NCBI RefSeq assembly: GCF_002165375.2
Contig: NZ_CP032134.1
Location: forward strand, 1,115,817 to 1,147,816
Length of the DNA: 32,000 nt
Reading direction: 5' to 3'
DNA from: Acinetobacter chinensis
Lineage (GTDB): Bacteria; Pseudomonadota; Gammaproteobacteria; Pseudomonadales; Moraxellaceae
Shown: positions 1-9,267 of the stretch, one piece after another
Layout of the letters: each line of letters starts with the position of its first letter
How positions within the stretch are numbered: the stretch's first letter is position 1
Made by a program: the position numbers and the translations under genes
The notes under the pieces: generated by a model
What the model saw: the letters and a program-made list of their open reading frames with translations, nothing else
Told to the model about the DNA's origin: nothing
Database searches by the model: none

Positions 1-2738
1 TGTGTTTCAATGCCTTCTGCAACAACGGTCATGCCCATGGCTTTACCCATTGCCACCATAGCACTGACAATAGCTTCCTGTTTGGCTTGTCCGATTTTGG
101 AAACAAAACTGCGGTCAATTTTCAGAATATCAATTGGAAAGTCTGCCAGGTAGGATAATGAAGAATAGCCTGTACCAAAATCATCCAGTGAAATATGAAT
201 TTTCCGTTGTTTGATACTCTGTAAAACATCTTTGACTGATTCAGAGTTTTCAACCAGGGATGACTCTGTAATTTCCAGTTCCAGGCTTTCACCTGAAATG
301 TTGTAGGTGCTGATGGCGGCATCGAGGTCTTCAATAAGCTGACCACGCTGAAGCTGCTGAGCAACAATATTGACTGAGACGCAGATATTCTTAAAACCTT
401 TTTTATTCCATTCCTGAATCTGTTTTGCAGTCTGCTGAATAACGATTCTGCCAATATCAGAAATCAGACTGGTCTGTTCAGCTAAAGGAATAAACATATT
501 AGGTGGAATAATACCTTTGACGGGATGATTCCATCTGACCAGGGCTTCAAAACCGTAAATCTGCTGATCACGGAAATTGATTTTTGGCTGATAATAGACA
601 ATCAGTTCATTGTTCTGAATGGCATGGCGTAAATCCCGTTCCAGATAAATACCCTGTTCGAGTAATTTTGTATTTTCTTTGGAATAGTATTTGATGGTAT
701 TGCCACCCAGGCGTTTTGCTTCTGACAATGCCTGTTCAGCACAGTTATTCAGATAATCCAGTTGGCGACCATGTTCAGGATAGAACGATACCCCCATGGA
801 CAGTGTAATAATATGATCCTGTCCAGAAATGTTAAAAGGCATGGAAAATGCTTTTGCTATTCTTTCACAGTGCTGCTGAACCGATGTTCTGATATGTGAG
901 ATTTCATAGACGATTGCAAAATCATCACCATTGAGATGCGCGAGGAACAGTGCTTCTGTATTTGTCAGACGTAATCTTTGTGCAACCTGACGGAGAAGTT
1001 CATCACCGCCATTATTGGTCAGGTATTCATTCAGTGGTCTGAAGCGGTCTATATTCAACCGGATAATGGCAAACTGATTGATTGAATCTTCCTGACTGAC
1101 CAGATACTGGTGCAGCTGGTAGTTATAATAAAAACGGTTAGGCAGATCAGTCAGTGGATCATAGTTTTCCAGGTAGGATAGACGCTGTTCCTGAAGTTTT
1201 CGTTCGGTCAGATCTGTGACGATACCAATATAATGAATGATACGATCCTGCTCATCTTTAATCGCACTGATATGAAGTCTGATGGAAAGCTCTTTGCCCG
1301 AAAGGAACTTTTCATTAAATTCAGCATCATATTTATGTGTTTCAAGCAGTTGCTGTACAATTTCATTATGTTTTGAGCGCTGTTGTGATTTGTAATTTGC
1401 AGTGATGTCAAACAGATGCTTACCCAGAATCTGCTCACGGTTGAAACCGCTGATTTTTTCATAAAATGGATTGGTGTCGATATAACACAGATCTTCATTG
1501 AGTATGAATATGCCCTCGGCAGCCTGTTCAAGGACACTTGCAGCAAGACGCAGACGTTCCTGATCTGTACGCTCCTGATGAATATTGCGTCGGATACCCA
1601 CCATGCGAAGCGGTTTTCCAGACTGTGGGTCACGTTCAATGACTCTCCCGGTATCATGCACCCAATACCATTTTTCCTTGGTGTTCTGAAGACGGTATGT
1701 TGTTTCATAGCGTTCGGTTTTTCCACGAAGATGGTGCTTCATGGAAGTTTTCAGGTGTGTAATATCATCTGGATGGATTTTATTCTGGAGTAACAGCTGA
1801 TGTGAGCGGGCATCAATTTTTCGGGTCTGTTGCTGTTCGTTGGTAATGGAAAAATGCCGTTCTTTGATGTTCCAGTCCCAGGGATTCAGCCCCGCAATTT
1901 CATGAGCGAGGTTTAAATTGTCCTGCTGTTCCTGAAGATTTTTATGCATCAGTTCAATATCATAGATACGCTCTCGGACTTTCTGTTCCAGTAACTGGTT
2001 ATTCAGCTGTAGCTGTAACTCGATGTCTTTGGATTTATTCATTTCCGACTGGAGTTGCTGACACAGCTCATCAGACCAGCTTGCCTGTTGCTCTGCATTC
2101 TTTTTCAGTACATTGTTCCGATAGTACATGCCGGTCAGACGACTGTGCATATTCATGATGGCATTGGCACATAAGAGCAGTATGATCAGAATAAAGTTGG
2201 TCACCAGATGAAACAGCGGATCAGACTGACTGGTCATAAATATCTGAGAAGCCACATAAGGTAAGACCGTAGGAACGGCAACCAGTAAAAAGAAGCTGAG
2301 GCGTTGCGTCAGATAAGTCAGTGCAAATGTCTGTGACACCAGAATCAGCAAGCCTGAAAGAATTAAGGCGTGGAATTCACTGAAATCAGGGTTGATACTC
2401 GGCAGATAGTAGTACAGCAGGGCGATGCCGATGGCGATGAGGATACCTGTCATCAGACAGACAAACTTCAGCCAGTAATTCCCTGTCTGCGGGCTGAACT
2501 GTCCTTTTTTGAAATACAGTGTGGTGATCATCAGCATGGAGCTGACTGAAACAGCAGTAATGATAAACCAGGAATTGAAATAGACCGAAGTCTGAGAAAA
2601 ATAAAACTGATAGAGACAGAATGTATAAATACAGGCAATAAAAATACTGACCAGATACAAGCGGATAAACCGAATGGTATTGGTTATTTGAGCCGCACGG
2701 ATATGCTGCTCCAATAGCTCATCTTTAATGTCTGACAT
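1..2738 (-). CDS. Membrane-anchored PAS / degenerate-GGDEF / EAL c-di-GMP signalling protein (C-terminus lies outside the window)
   Basis: Own minus-strand translation from the ATG at 2738-2736 gives MSDIKDELLEQHIRAAQ... It continues through several hydrophobic helices, a coiled-coil (LQLQLNNQLLEQKVRE) and PAS-like segments (KWYWVHDTGRVIERD; ILGKHLFDI). The GGDEF-domain signature reads NGDDF (AHLNGDDFAIVY). The EAL domain has QIYGFEALVRW and DDFGTGYSSLSYL. The frame stays open to base 1, which is why it is absent from the supplied ORF track. Confidence 0.85.
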   Translation of the reverse strand, partial: MSDIKDELLEQHIRAAQITNTIRFIRLYLVSIFIACIYTFCLYQFYFSQTSVYFNSWFIITAVSVSSMLMITTLYFKKGQFSPQTGNYWLKFVCLMTGILIAIGIALLYYYLPSINPDFSEFHALILSGLLILVSQTFALTYLTQRLSFFLLVAVPTVLPYVASQIFMTSQSDPLFHLVTNFILIILLLCANAIMNMHSRLTGMYYRNNVLKKNAEQQASWSDELCQQLQSEMNKSKDIELQLQLNNQLLEQKVRERIYDIELMHKNLQEQQDNLNLAHEIAGLNPWDWNIKERHFSITNEQQQTRKIDARSHQLLLQNKIHPDDITHLKTSMKHHLRGKTERYETTYRLQNTKEKWYWVHDTGRVIERDPQSGKPLRMVGIRRNIHQERTDQERLRLAASVLEQAAEGIFILNEDLCYIDTNPFYEKISGFNREQILGKHLFDITANYKSQQRSKHNEIVQQLLETHKYDAEFNEKFLSGKELSIRLHISAIKDEQDRIIHYIGIVTDLTERKLQEQRLSYLENYDPLTDLPNRFYYNYQLHQYLVSQEDSINQFAIIRLNIDRFRPLNEYLTNNGGDELLRQVAQRLRLTNTEALFLAHLNGDDFAIVYEISHIRTSVQQHCERIAKAFSMPFNISGQDHIITLSMGVSFYPEHGRQLDYLNNCAEQALSEAKRLGGNTIKYYSKENTKLLEQGIYLERDLRHAIQNNELIVYYQPKINFRDQQIYGFEALVRWNHPVKGIIPPNMFIPLAEQTSLISDIGRIVIQQTAKQIQEWNKKGFKNICVSVNIVAQQLQRGQLIEDLDAAISTYNISGESLELEITESSLVENSESVKDVLQSIKQRKIHISLDDFGTGYSSLSYLADFPIDILKIDRSFVSKIGQAKQEAIVSAMVAMGKAMGMTVVAEGIET

Positions 2739-2907
2739 GAATCCCCAAAAACCTTATTTTTTTTCTGTAGTAAAGAAAACAGCAATTCCAAATATTTTGC
2801 TAAGGTGCTAAATCAACAGATAATCTGTTGAATTAATGTATAGAGATTAATCATGTCAATGATAAAAATCAATAAATTAAGACAGGTTTTTTAAAAATAT
2901 AGATGAG

Positions 2908-3624
2908 TTACATGTTTAAGTTGTAATTAAGAATGGATAATGCGACGACTGGAGCAGTTTCAGTCCTTAAAACACGGTTTCCAATACACCAGTTTTTAAA
3001 TCCGTGGTCATTTGCCTGGCTGATTTCAGCTTCACTCAGACCACCTTCTGGACCAATCAGCAACACAATATCTTTGCTTGCATCTTTGAGCACATCCGTC
3101 TGTTCTTTTTCAGGTGCGAGAACTAATTTTGTTGCAGGTAATTCTGTTTGTAACCATTGCTCAAGACTGAGTGGTGCAAGTATTTCAGGAACAATATTCA
3201 TTCCGCATTGTTCACAGGCAGCAATTGCGATCCCTTGCCAGTGATCAATTTTCTTCTGGTCACGGTCATACTTTAAACGCATTTCACAGCGTTCAGAAGT
3301 CAACAGCTGGATTCTGGAAACACCAAGTTCAACAGCCTTTTGAATCGCATAATCCATACGGTCACCTTTACTCATCACTTGGCCAAGTAGCGCGGTGAAG
3401 TGTGGTGTACGGTTGTCAGGATTAAATGCGTCAACTGAAACAGAAGCAGATTTTTTCGCAACATCAACTAATGTCACTGAATATTCACCACCTTGTCCAT
3501 TGAACAAAGTGGCTTTTTCACCGACTTGCGCACGTAAGACTTTTACCCAGTGATGGAAAACTGTTTCAGTCAGTTCAACCGTAGTATCAACAGCTAAATC
3601 AGTTTCAATATAAAAACGGGGCAT
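2908..3624 (-). CDS. rsmE: 16S rRNA (uracil1498-N3)-methyltransferase RsmE
   Basis: 238 aa ORF. It has the MPRFYIE N-terminus and the C-terminal LLIGPEGGLSEAE segment typical of the RsmE/SPOUT family. It lies 37 nt downstream of metF on the same strand. Confidence 0.85.
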   Translation of the reverse strand: MPRFYIETDLAVDTTVELTETVFHHWVKVLRAQVGEKATLFNGQGGEYSVTLVDVAKKSASVSVDAFNPDNRTPHFTALLGQVMSKGDRMDYAIQKAVELGVSRIQLLTSERCEMRLKYDRDQKKIDHWQGIAIAACEQCGMNIVPEILAPLSLEQWLQTELPATKLVLAPEKEQTDVLKDASKDIVLLIGPEGGLSEAEISQANDHGFKNWCIGNRVLRTETAPVVALSILNYNLNM

Positions 3625-3661
3625 TCAGTCTTACTCGCAAAATAGGTGATTTAATTTTGAA

Positions 3662-4498
3662 TTATGCTAAACCAAGGTCAAGTACAAGCTGACGGTTTGG
3701 TTCGGTATGGTTCATGGTATAGAAGTGCAGACTTGGCGCACCACCTGCAATCAGGCGTTCACATAGCTTCACGACCACTTCATGACCAAAGGCTTTGATA
3801 CTCGCAGAATCATCACCATAAGTTGCCAGTTGCTTACGAATCCAGCGTGGAATCTCTGCACCTGTACCATCAGCAAAGCGAATCAGATTACTAGCATTGT
3901 TAATCGGCATAATCCCTGGTGCAACTGGAATATCAATTCCTTCTTTTTGAATACGGTCTACAAAGTAGAAATACGCATCTGGATTGAAGAAGAATTGAGT
4001 CAGTGCTGCATTTGCACCTGCACGGGCTTTATCACAAAAACGTTGAATGTCTTTGTCAAAGCTGTCTGCTTGCGGATGCATTTCAGGATATGCGGCAACT
4101 TCGATATGAAAATGATCACCTGAATGTTCACGAATGAAGCGAACCAGATCAGTTGCATAAGGCAGTTCACCTAAACCGACTTGACCTGATGGTAAATCAC
4201 CACGCAGTGCAACAATACGGTCAATGCCTTGTGATTTATATAAATCCAGCAATTCAGCAATACGTTGTTTGCTGTCACCAATACAGGAAAGGTGAGGGGC
4301 AACAGGCGTGCCTTTGCCGTTGAAATCATCCAGTGTAGACAAGGTGCGTTCACGGGTAGAACCACCCGCACCATAAGTTACAGAGAAAAATTCAGGATTC
4401 AGTAGCTGAAGTTCTTGATGAACAACTTTGAGCTTTTCCGCACCTGCATCGGTTTTGGTCGGGAAAAACTCAAAAGAAATCGGGACACGTTTGGTCAT
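3662..4498 (-). CDS. metF: 5,10-methylenetetrahydrofolate reductase
   Basis: Track ORF 3662-4591 trimmed to the ATG at 4498 (MTKRVPISFEFFPTKT..., SVTYGAGGSTR), which matches the conserved MetF N-terminus. The 31 upstream codons read through intergenic hairpin repeats and are probably not translated. Confidence 0.9.
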   Translation of the reverse strand: MTKRVPISFEFFPTKTDAGAEKLKVVHQELQLLNPEFFSVTYGAGGSTRERTLSTLDDFNGKGTPVAPHLSCIGDSKQRIAELLDLYKSQGIDRIVALRGDLPSGQVGLGELPYATDLVRFIREHSGDHFHIEVAAYPEMHPQADSFDKDIQRFCDKARAGANAALTQFFFNPDAYFYFVDRIQKEGIDIPVAPGIMPINNASNLIRFADGTGAEIPRWIRKQLATYGDDSASIKAFGHEVVVKLCERLIAGGAPSLHFYTMNHTEPNRQLVLDLGLA

Positions 4499-4537
4499 GG
4501 TTAAATCCTTTTTTATCAATATTTTTTGATTGATTTT

Positions 4538-4642
4538 ACCTCTCCTAAATCCTCTCCTGAAAGGAGAGGACTTACCCTCGATGACATACATTTGATAATG
4601 AATGTTCCCTCTCCCTATGGGAGAGGGTTAGGGAGAGGGTTA
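4538..4642. repeat. Cluster of polypyrimidine/polypurine 9-mer arms forming two hairpins, each with a spare third arm (ahcY-metF spacer)
   Basis: Arm cctctcct at 4539-4546. Hairpin tcctctcct-gaa-aggagagga at 4550-4570. Hairpin ccctctccc-tat-gggagaggg at 4607-4627. Tandem repeat gggagagggtta x2 at 4619-4642. The arm pattern is Y,Y,R ... Y,R,R (Y = pyrimidine arm, R = purine arm). Confidence 0.7.
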
Positions 4643-4649
4643 ATATCAA

Positions 4650-6035
4650 TTAATATTTATAAGACTCGGACTTAAACGGACCTTCAACAGTTACACCTAA
4701 GTAATCTGCTTGAACTTGAGTCAATTGAGTCAAGACACCGCCAAAACCAACAACCATTGCAGCAGCAACTTCTTCATCCAGTTTCTTAGGAATAAGTTCT
4801 ACACGGATCGCAGCTTGTTTTTGATCTTCAGGAAGATCAGCAAATTTCTCAGCGAATAAATGCATTTGACCCAATACCTGGTTGGCAAATGAACCATCCA
4901 TAATACGTGAAGGGTGACCAGTCGCATTACCTAGGTTCACTAAACGGCCTTCTGAAAGAAGGATTAAATAATCGTTTTCATTTTCTGTACGATACACTTG
5001 GTGTACTTGTGGCTTAACTTCAACCCATTTGTAACCACGTAAGTAGTTAGTATCGATTTCAGTGTCAAAGTGACCGATGTTACAAACAACCGCACCCGCT
5101 TTTAATGAATCAAGCATTGCAGAATCACATACGTGATAGTTACCAGTCGTTGTTACGATCAAGTCAGTACTTTGAAGAAGGTCAAGATTGATGTCTTCTT
5201 TCTTACCAGTTTGTACGCCATTTTTGTATGGAGAAACAACTTCATAACCGTCCATGCATGCTTGCATTGCACAGATTGGGTCAATTTCAGTTACACGTAC
5301 AATCATGCCTTCCTGACGAAGTGATTGAGCAGAACCTTTACCTACATCACCATAACCGATTACAAGCGCACGACGACCAGATAAAAGCATATCTGTGCCA
5401 CGTTTGATGGCATCATTCAGTGAGTGACGGCAACCGTATTTGTTGTCGTTTTTAGATTTCGTTACTGAGTCGTTTACGTTGATTGCAGGAACTTTTAAAG
5501 TACCATCACGGTGCATTTCATACAGACGTTGAACACCAGTCGTTGTTTCTTCAGTAATACCGTGAATTTTAGCAATTACTTGAGGATATTTTTCGTGAAC
5601 AAGTGCAGTTAAGTCACCGCCATCATCCAGAATCATGTTGGCATCCCAAGGTGTGCCATTTACATTGATCTGTTGTTCTAAACACCAGTTGTATTCTTCT
5701 TCAGTTTCACCTTTCCAGGCAAATACTGGAATACCCGCAGCAGCGATTGCAGCAGCAGCGTGGTCTTGAGTAGAGAAGATGTTACAAGATGTCCAACGAA
5801 CTTCTGCGCCTAATTCAACCAAAGTTTCAATAAGAACTGCAGTCTGGATTGTCATGTGAATACAACCCAAAATTTTTGCACCAGCAAGTGGTTTCGCAGC
5901 AGAATAACGTTTACGAAGACCCATCAAAGCAGGCATTTCTGCTTCAGCAAGTTTGATTTCTTTACGGCCGTAGTCAGCAAGTGAAATATCGGCAACTTTA
6001 TAATCTGTAAATGAAGCATTAACCGCGTTCATCAC
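4650..6035 (-). CDS. ahcY: Adenosylhomocysteinase (S-adenosyl-L-homocysteine hydrolase)
   Basis: 461 aa ORF with [13 protein letters not shown], the NAD-binding [23 protein letters not shown], and the C-terminus SESYKY. This is a classic AhcY/SahH sequence. Confidence 0.95.
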   Translation of the reverse strand: MMNAVNASFTDYKVADISLADYGRKEIKLAEAEMPALMGLRKRYSAAKPLAGAKILGCIHMTIQTAVLIETLVELGAEVRWTSCNIFSTQDHAAAAIAAAGIPVFAWKGETEEEYNWCLEQQINVNGTPWDANMILDDGGDLTALVHEKYPQVIAKIHGITEETTTGVQRLYEMHRDGTLKVPAINVNDSVTKSKNDNKYGCRHSLNDAIKRGTDMLLSGRRALVIGYGDVGKGSAQSLRQEGMIVRVTEIDPICAMQACMDGYEVVSPYKNGVQTGKKEDINLDLLQSTDLIVTTTGNYHVCDSAMLDSLKAGAVVCNIGHFDTEIDTNYLRGYKWVEVKPQVHQVYRTENENDYLILLSEGRLVNLGNATGHPSRIMDGSFANQVLGQMHLFAEKFADLPEDQKQAAIRVELIPKKLDEEVAAAMVVGFGGVLTQLTQVQADYLGVTVEGPFKSESYKY

Positions 6036-6067
6036 GATCTCCTTAAAATAAATAATTGATCATTATG

Positions 6068-6210
6068 CTCGCGGATGCCGTTGTTGGTGGTTCTGAGTTG
6101 ATAACTCTGAGCAGAATACCGATGGTCGAGCCTAGCGATCTTACATGACTATTTGACCAATCTAGAAAAATCAGCCCGTAAGAAAGTCGCAGCATCCCTC
6201 GACTGGCGAC
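6068..6210 (-). promoter_or_regulatory. SAH riboswitch-like leader of ahcY
   Basis: The minus-strand RNA reads GUCGAGGGAUGCUGCGAC...(long insert)...UCGCUAGGCUCGAC...CAACGGCAUCC. Pairings seen:
- P1: GUCGAG with CUCGAC.
- P2: GCGA/UCGC, extended by CUUAC/GUAAG.
- Pseudoknot: GGAUGC with GCAUCC.
The conserved AGGCUCG and AACGGC blocks match my recollection of the SAH riboswitch consensus. It sits between a TTGGAA-N17-TACAAT promoter and the AAGGAG Shine-Dalgarno of ahcY. Confidence 0.65.
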
Positions 6211-6211
6211 T

Positions 6212-6240
6212 ATTGTACCGATATTTTAATTTTGTTCCAA
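6212..6240 (-). promoter_or_regulatory. Candidate sigma70 promoter of the ahcY-metF(-rsmE) unit
   Basis: Minus strand TTGGAA (6240-6235), 17 nt spacer, TACAAT (6217-6212), immediately upstream of the riboswitch-like P1. Confidence 0.4.
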
Positions 6241-6347
6241 TGTAGATTGTATAAAAACGTATCAACTAAGGTTTAAGGTATTTTAAATGCTTTAAACTTA
6301 GAACAAGGATTAAAAAAATGAATTAAATGAGTATTGGAAAATAAAAA

Positions 6348-7175
6348 TTGAGTAAATTCATACATAAATTAAAAGACAATCTAGTGATATTTTTGGGTGT
6401 CCCTCTTGTTGCTTTTGGGCTTTGGTTGAGCTTATTTGATAACGAAAATCTTCGGATTGTTCCTTATAGTATTGTACTTTCTTTGATTATTTTATTGAGC
6501 AGTCAATTTTATTTTAAGAAGAAAGTAGCTTGGTATCTGTACTTGGTATTGCCATTTGTGCTTTATATTTTTTTGCAGATCATTTTCCGATCTTCGCCTT
6601 TGTTGCAGTTAAAAGAATTTGAATGGACGCATCCTGGCTGGCAACGAGGGAGCGATGTTCAGTTGGTCTCACTTGAACTGGATGCTCATCGAGGTTCAAG
6701 ACGTATTAATTCAACTTACGGGATTCTGATTTATCAGTATCAGTTTGATGGGCAAATTTATAGTACTGAACAGAGTGATGTAGCTCGGCAGTATACTTTG
6801 TGGATGAGTGATGATGCTTCGGAACTGTATCAGCTGACTGAATCTAAAATTCGGCAGTCATTTCCACAAGAGCAGAATGTTGTATTGATAAATTCAAAAG
6901 ACCCATCACAGTCCATCTTTTTTTACAGTCAGGACATCATTGATATTAGAGGTTCGTGGATTTCTGAGTTTTTAGTGATTTTGCAAGTTTTACTGGGCTT
7001 GAGTGTATTAGCTGTTATTGGTATTGGAGTGAAAAAGATCATTAATCCGCACAATACGGTTCAAACATGGTCTAAACCTAAAAGATATTTATTCATTGCT
7101 GTATTCTTTATCATTGCATGGAGTGTATTATTTGCGGGTTGGATTTTATTTATGTATATCAAAAATTCACCTTGA
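6348..7175 (+). CDS. Hypothetical inner-membrane protein, DUF3592-like architecture
   Basis: 275 aa ORF with a TTG start and no in-frame ATG nearby. Three N-terminal TM helices, a soluble beta-rich core (YGILIYQYQFDGQIYSTEQSDV, resembling the DUF3592 pattern from memory), and two C-terminal TM helices. Confidence 0.55.
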   Translation: MSKFIHKLKDNLVIFLGVPLVAFGLWLSLFDNENLRIVPYSIVLSLIILLSSQFYFKKKVAWYLYLVLPFVLYIFLQIIFRSSPLLQLKEFEWTHPGWQRGSDVQLVSLELDAHRGSRRINSTYGILIYQYQFDGQIYSTEQSDVARQYTLWMSDDASELYQLTESKIRQSFPQEQNVVLINSKDPSQSIFFYSQDIIDIRGSWISEFLVILQVLLGLSVLAVIGIGVKKIINPHNTVQTWSKPKRYLFIAVFFIIAWSVLFAGWILFMYIKNSP

Positions 7176-7241
7176 ATTTAGTATTTAACCGTACCTTAAT
7201 ATCTGAGATTATAAAATTCTGAGCTTATAAAAAATTGGAAC

Positions 7242-8204
7242 ATGATAATGAAAAAATTAACGATATTCATGAGCTTGTGTGTTTCAACTCTGACATATGC
7301 CAATGATTCTACAGGCTATGTGGGAACAGGGGGAATTGAATATTTAAAGAATAAAAATATCGCGATGCAAAGCGAAGACTTATTTATCAGTAAAAAAATT
7401 ATTAAAGTCGATTATCAGTTTAAAAATCTCAGCAAGCAGGATATTACTGAAACTATCTTATTTCCTTTACCTCAATTAGATAATTATCGTGATGGTGACT
7501 TTGCTCATACCGAAGAATTATTAAAAAGTTTTAGAGTTCAGGTGAATGGGAAAACTGTAGTGCCTCAAATGCATGTCCGAGCGTTTATGAAACCATTAAA
7601 AAATGGTGAAGTCGATGAGCGTGCAAAAGAAATAGATGTGACAGAAGAGTTTAAGCGTTGTGGTTTTTCTGAAAAAGATTTATTGACGCCTTGGATGGAT
7701 GCTTCTGAGAGTAAGTTTTTTTCATCCAAAATTTATAATTGTAAAATGCCAAAAACTCAAAAACTTGTACAAGGTTATACAAAAGATCAGGAAATTTACT
7801 GGACAGGGCAAGTTATTTATAGCTGGAAGCAAACTTTTAAAGCCAATTCAGTTACACAAGTGAAGCACCAATATAAACCATTGGTTGGTGGTTCAGTTGC
7901 ACTGTATGAAGATGAATATAATCATCAATTTTGTATGGATGCTAACTTTAAAAAAGGTTTGAAAAAGGCGAAGTCAGAAAATTCTTCATTCAGTGCATTG
8001 GGCTATATTTTAACGACAGGGGCGAATTGGGCAAAACCGATTGAAAATTTTAAATTAACCATTGAACGTGATCCAAAAGAACTGGTGTCATTTTGTTGGA
8101 AAGGGAAAGTCAGCAAAATTAGTCCAACACAGTTTCAGATGGTGGAGAAGAACTTTGTTCCTAAGCAGGACTTGGATATTATTTATGTATATTTACGCAA
8201 TTAA
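7242..8204 (+). CDS. Secreted hypothetical protein, DUF4424-like
   Basis: 320 aa ORF with a signal peptide (MIMKKLTIFMSLCVSTLTYA/ND). The N-terminal GTGGIEYLKNKNIAMQSEDLFIS...VDYQFKN pattern matches my recollection of DUF4424 proteins. The start could instead be 7248. Confidence 0.6.
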   Translation: MIMKKLTIFMSLCVSTLTYANDSTGYVGTGGIEYLKNKNIAMQSEDLFISKKIIKVDYQFKNLSKQDITETILFPLPQLDNYRDGDFAHTEELLKSFRVQVNGKTVVPQMHVRAFMKPLKNGEVDERAKEIDVTEEFKRCGFSEKDLLTPWMDASESKFFSSKIYNCKMPKTQKLVQGYTKDQEIYWTGQVIYSWKQTFKANSVTQVKHQYKPLVGGSVALYEDEYNHQFCMDANFKKGLKKAKSENSSFSALGYILTTGANWAKPIENFKLTIERDPKELVSFCWKGKVSKISPTQFQMVEKNFVPKQDLDIIYVYLRN

Positions 8205-8212
8205 AGAAAGTG

Positions 8213-8245
8213 AGCATCAAACTCATATGGTATGAGTTTGATGCT
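8213..8245. terminator. Bidirectional hairpin terminator between convergent genes
   Basis: agcatcaaactcata-tgg-tatgagtttgatgct, a 15 bp perfect stem. It lies between the stop of the 7242-8204 ORF and the stop of the Sel1 gene at 8251. Confidence 0.6.
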
Positions 8246-8250
8246 TTGCT

Positions 8251-8808
8251 TTATTCGGCAGAGTCTTCAGCAGCATTTGCTTTTTCCGCCCAAAAGTCTG
8301 CTTTGTCTTCATCTACGTCGACACCTAAACCATGTTCATAGATTGCAACAAGATCACGCATGGCTTGCACTTCGCCTAACTCAGCAGACTGAATCACCAT
8401 TTGTACAGATTTCTCTATATCTTTTTCAACGACATCACCACGACGATAAAAACTGGAAAGCTCCAGAATAGCAGCAGGGTGGCGATGCTTAACTGCTTGC
8501 CCTAACCAACGATGTGCATGTTCAAACCAGACTTTGGCTTCTTCAGGGTCTTCTTCACGTAAGTCTTTTGCATAAGCATGATAGCCTTCACCAAGCCAGT
8601 ACATGGCTTCTACATGACCGAGTTGAGCTGCTTTCAGTGCCCATTCTTCTGCCAGCTGATTATCATCTTCGTCATCACTTTCCATGTAAATTTCAGCAAG
8701 TTCAAATTGAGCTGCTGGGTTTCCCATAGCTGCACGATTGAGAAGTTCAGCAGAAATGATGATTGAAGCCATAAAAAATCCACAAGATAATAAAAGGAAG
8801 ATCAGCAA
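8251..8808 (-). CDS. Sel1-repeat (TPR-like) protein with N-terminal membrane anchor or signal
   Basis: 185 aa ORF with a hydrophobic N-terminus, then repeated A-x-x-W/Y-x-x-A-A-x-x-G-H-x-x-A motifs (EEWALKAAQLGHVEAMYWLGEGY; QMVIQSAELGEVQAMRDLVAIYEHG) typical of Sel1 repeats. Confidence 0.7.
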   Translation of the reverse strand: MLIFLLLSCGFFMASIIISAELLNRAAMGNPAAQFELAEIYMESDDEDDNQLAEEWALKAAQLGHVEAMYWLGEGYHAYAKDLREEDPEEAKVWFEHAHRWLGQAVKHRHPAAILELSSFYRRGDVVEKDIEKSVQMVIQSAELGEVQAMRDLVAIYEHGLGVDVDEDKADFWAEKANAAEDSAE

Positions 8809-8928
8809 TGAAAAAATCAGTCCATGGACTGACCTTGAATGGTTGCTGATTATAGCCTGAATCCGGTCTGTATGGGATAGGACAGAATCGGATTCAGGAA
8901 TGCATCATGGCTAAAGTAACTTCTGCAT

Positions 8929-9267
8929 TTACATAAAACTGAACACTGCACTGATCAGGCTGATGATAATCATGACAATAGCAAACCATTTCAGACGGGT
9001 TGCCAGATAACTGGTGACCAGTCCAACAGATAAAGCAGAGAAGGTCAGCACAACGACCCAGTAACTGATCGCTGTACTCCAGTGATCTTTTAGCAGACAG
9101 GGAATCAATGAAAACAGTAACAGACTCCATCCTGCCCAGCTGGCAGACCTGGTCTGAAATGGTGTTAATTCCGCCCCAAAAAACTGCTTCTGATGTTTTG
9201 ACATGGAACAGGCCAGCGCTGTAAATCCAAGACAGGACAGCGACCAGATCAATAAAAACCACATCAT
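8929..9267 (-). CDS. Small polytopic membrane protein, DUF3325-like
   Basis: 112 aa hydrophobic ORF. It overlaps the stop of the upstream PepSY-TM gene by 4 nt (ATGA). Its position as third gene of the DUF3649 / PepSY_TM / DUF3325 triad is recalled from Pseudomonas and Acinetobacter genomes. Confidence 0.6.
   Translation of the reverse strand: MMWFLLIWSLSCLGFTALACSMSKHQKQFFGAELTPFQTRSASWAGWSLLLFSLIPCLLKDHWSTAISYWVVVLTFSALSVGLVTSYLATRLKWFAIVMIIISLISAVFSFM

Noticed and set aside
122-1793. Track ORFs 122-454(-), 1208-1726(-) and 1416-1793(+).
   Set aside because: They lie inside the 2738 nt PAS/GGDEF/EAL reading frame, either off-frame or antisense. Their translations are low-complexity with no recognisable motifs, so they are shadow ORFs.
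4499-4591. N-terminal 31-codon extension of the metF ORF (MYVIEGKSSPFRRGFRRGK...).
   Set aside because: It reads through the intergenic hairpin repeats. The conserved MetF N-terminus begins at the ATG at 4498.
8894-9262. 122 aa minus-strand ORF overlapping the DUF3325-like gene in another frame.
   Set aside because: The alternative frame (8929-9267) is uniformly hydrophobic and helical, and is start/stop-coupled (ATGA) to the upstream gene. The 122 aa frame has no such support.
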